A stretch of DNA of 63,899 bases, filler included, from Chiloscyllium plagiosum (lineage: Eukaryota), in assembly GCF_004010195.1 (NCBI RefSeq). It is 5 parts of one record of this genome, joined end to end, with 100 filler letters (N's around TTAATTAATTAA, not from the genome) between each part and the next. Parts side by side here need not be neighbours in the genome. Positions count along the whole stretch, not along the records: positions 60,765 to 63,899 come from NC_057712.1; 4 more parts are not named here. One strand, given 5' to 3'. A program made the translations under genes and the position numbers. Every line of letters starts with the position of its first letter. Within the stretch, counting starts at the first letter, position 1. Shown here piece after piece: positions 62,965 to 63,899 of this stretch. The notes below the pieces were generated by a model, which saw only the letters and a program-made list of their open reading frames with translations, had not been told where the DNA came from and searched no databases.

Positions 62965-63395
62965 TATTTTATTCACTCATGGGATGTGGGCGTCGCTGGC
63001 TGGGCCCAGCATTTATTGCCTGTCCCTAGTTGCCCCTTGAGAAGGTGGGGGTGAGCTGCCTTCTTGAACCGCTGCAGTCCACCTGCTCTGCTCCATAATG
63101 GCCTTAGGGAGGGAATTCCAGGATTTTGACCCAGCAACAGTGAGGGAACGGCGATATATTTAGGATCGAGAGTGCAGTGCTGGAAAAGCACAGCAGGTCA
63201 GGCAGCATCCATGGAGCAGGAAAATCAACGTTTTTCGGGCAAAAGCGCTTAATCAGAAATCATTTATATCAGGATATATTTAGGATGTGGAGTGGCTTTG
63301 AGGGGAACTTGAGGGTGGTGGTGTTCCCATGTCCTTCAAGATGGAAGTGGTCATGAGTTTGGAAGGTGGTGTCTAAGAATGCTTGGTGAATTTCT
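62965..63395 (-). mobile_element. Second LINE family 3' end
   Basis: Near-identical to 56005-56340 (GLQRFKKAAHPHLLKG). Confidence 0.85.
63167..63272 (-). mobile_element. Solo PLE terminus (family A) with a 14-bp TSD, nested in a LINE
   Basis: gctggaaaagcacagcaggtcaggcagcatc...cgtttttcgggcaaaagcgcttaatcag, flanked by GATATATTTAGGAT at 63153-63166 and 63273-63286. Confidence 0.85.
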
Positions 63396-63639
63396 TTGTT
63401 CACACTTTAATGCTGAGCAGTTACATCTTTGTGCCAAATCTATAATCCTTTACCTGAAGGAACTCTTAGAGATAACTTCATAATTGCAGTGTGCGTCATC
63501 CCTCATTGTGTGGGTTAATTACAGTTTATCCTTTGAACTATCGCCAATATTGTGCTGTAGTGTATTTGGGTCTTTTTGTTCACCCTCCTATCTGTATAGT
63601 GATGCTATAGGCTAGCTGCCGGCACATTGTAAAATTCAC

Positions 63640-63782
63640 AAGTCACACAACACCAGGTTATAGTCCAATAGGTTGATTCGAAATCACAAGCTTTCGGAGC
63701 GCTGCTCCTTTGTTGGGTAACCTGGTGTTGTGTGACTTCTGACTTTGTCCACCCCAGTCCAACACCAGCCCCTCTACACCAT
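63640..63782. mobile_element. Partial fold-back PLE-terminus element (family B)
   Basis: agtcacacaacaccaggtta ... taacctggtgttgtgtgact inverted arms. The minus strand retains GGAGC AGC GCTCC GAAAGCT. Confidence 0.75.
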
Positions 63783-63899
63783 GTAAACGTCAGTTTGGAT
63801 CAGAACCAGCTGGGATACCTTGAGTCAATTCACCACCACTATCCTTACTGCTGGCTGCTCAAAGTAGCAGGGAAGCAGTGTCCCAGTCGAATTATCACT

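Overview
Eukaryotic, repeat-dense genomic DNA, almost certainly from a shark or other elasmobranch (HE1-type V-SINEs with partner HER1/CR1 LINEs). It is a draft assembly with four artificial 100-bp gap spacers (44 N + TTAATTAATTAA + 44 N) and one 15-N gap. The only recognisable host gene is SLC4A1AP (kanadaptin) on the minus strand. Three internal coding exons (43195-43384, 40332-40443, 22491-22701) have canonical AG/GT sites and compatible phases. The rest is intron-like DNA filled with decayed CR1 LINEs, a second CR1/L2-group LINE, V-SINEs, DeuSINE-like relics, Penelope-like elements (PLEs), a Gypsy LTR/PBS/protease relic, a PIF/Harbinger transposase relic, a Tigger4-like MITE, a 23-bp minisatellite and a (TG)n tract. 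The most interesting signal is that about a dozen PLE termini from three sequence families carry minimal type I hammerhead-ribozyme motifs (CUGANGA-N-stem II-GAAA-palindromic helix III-NUH), with compensatory changes between families. One copy (60458-60495, minus) looks intact. Several termini occur as stand-alone 95-230 bp insertions, some of them fold-backs, with 12-17 bp target-site duplications. Repeat boundaries were set by eye and are approximate unless stated otherwise.
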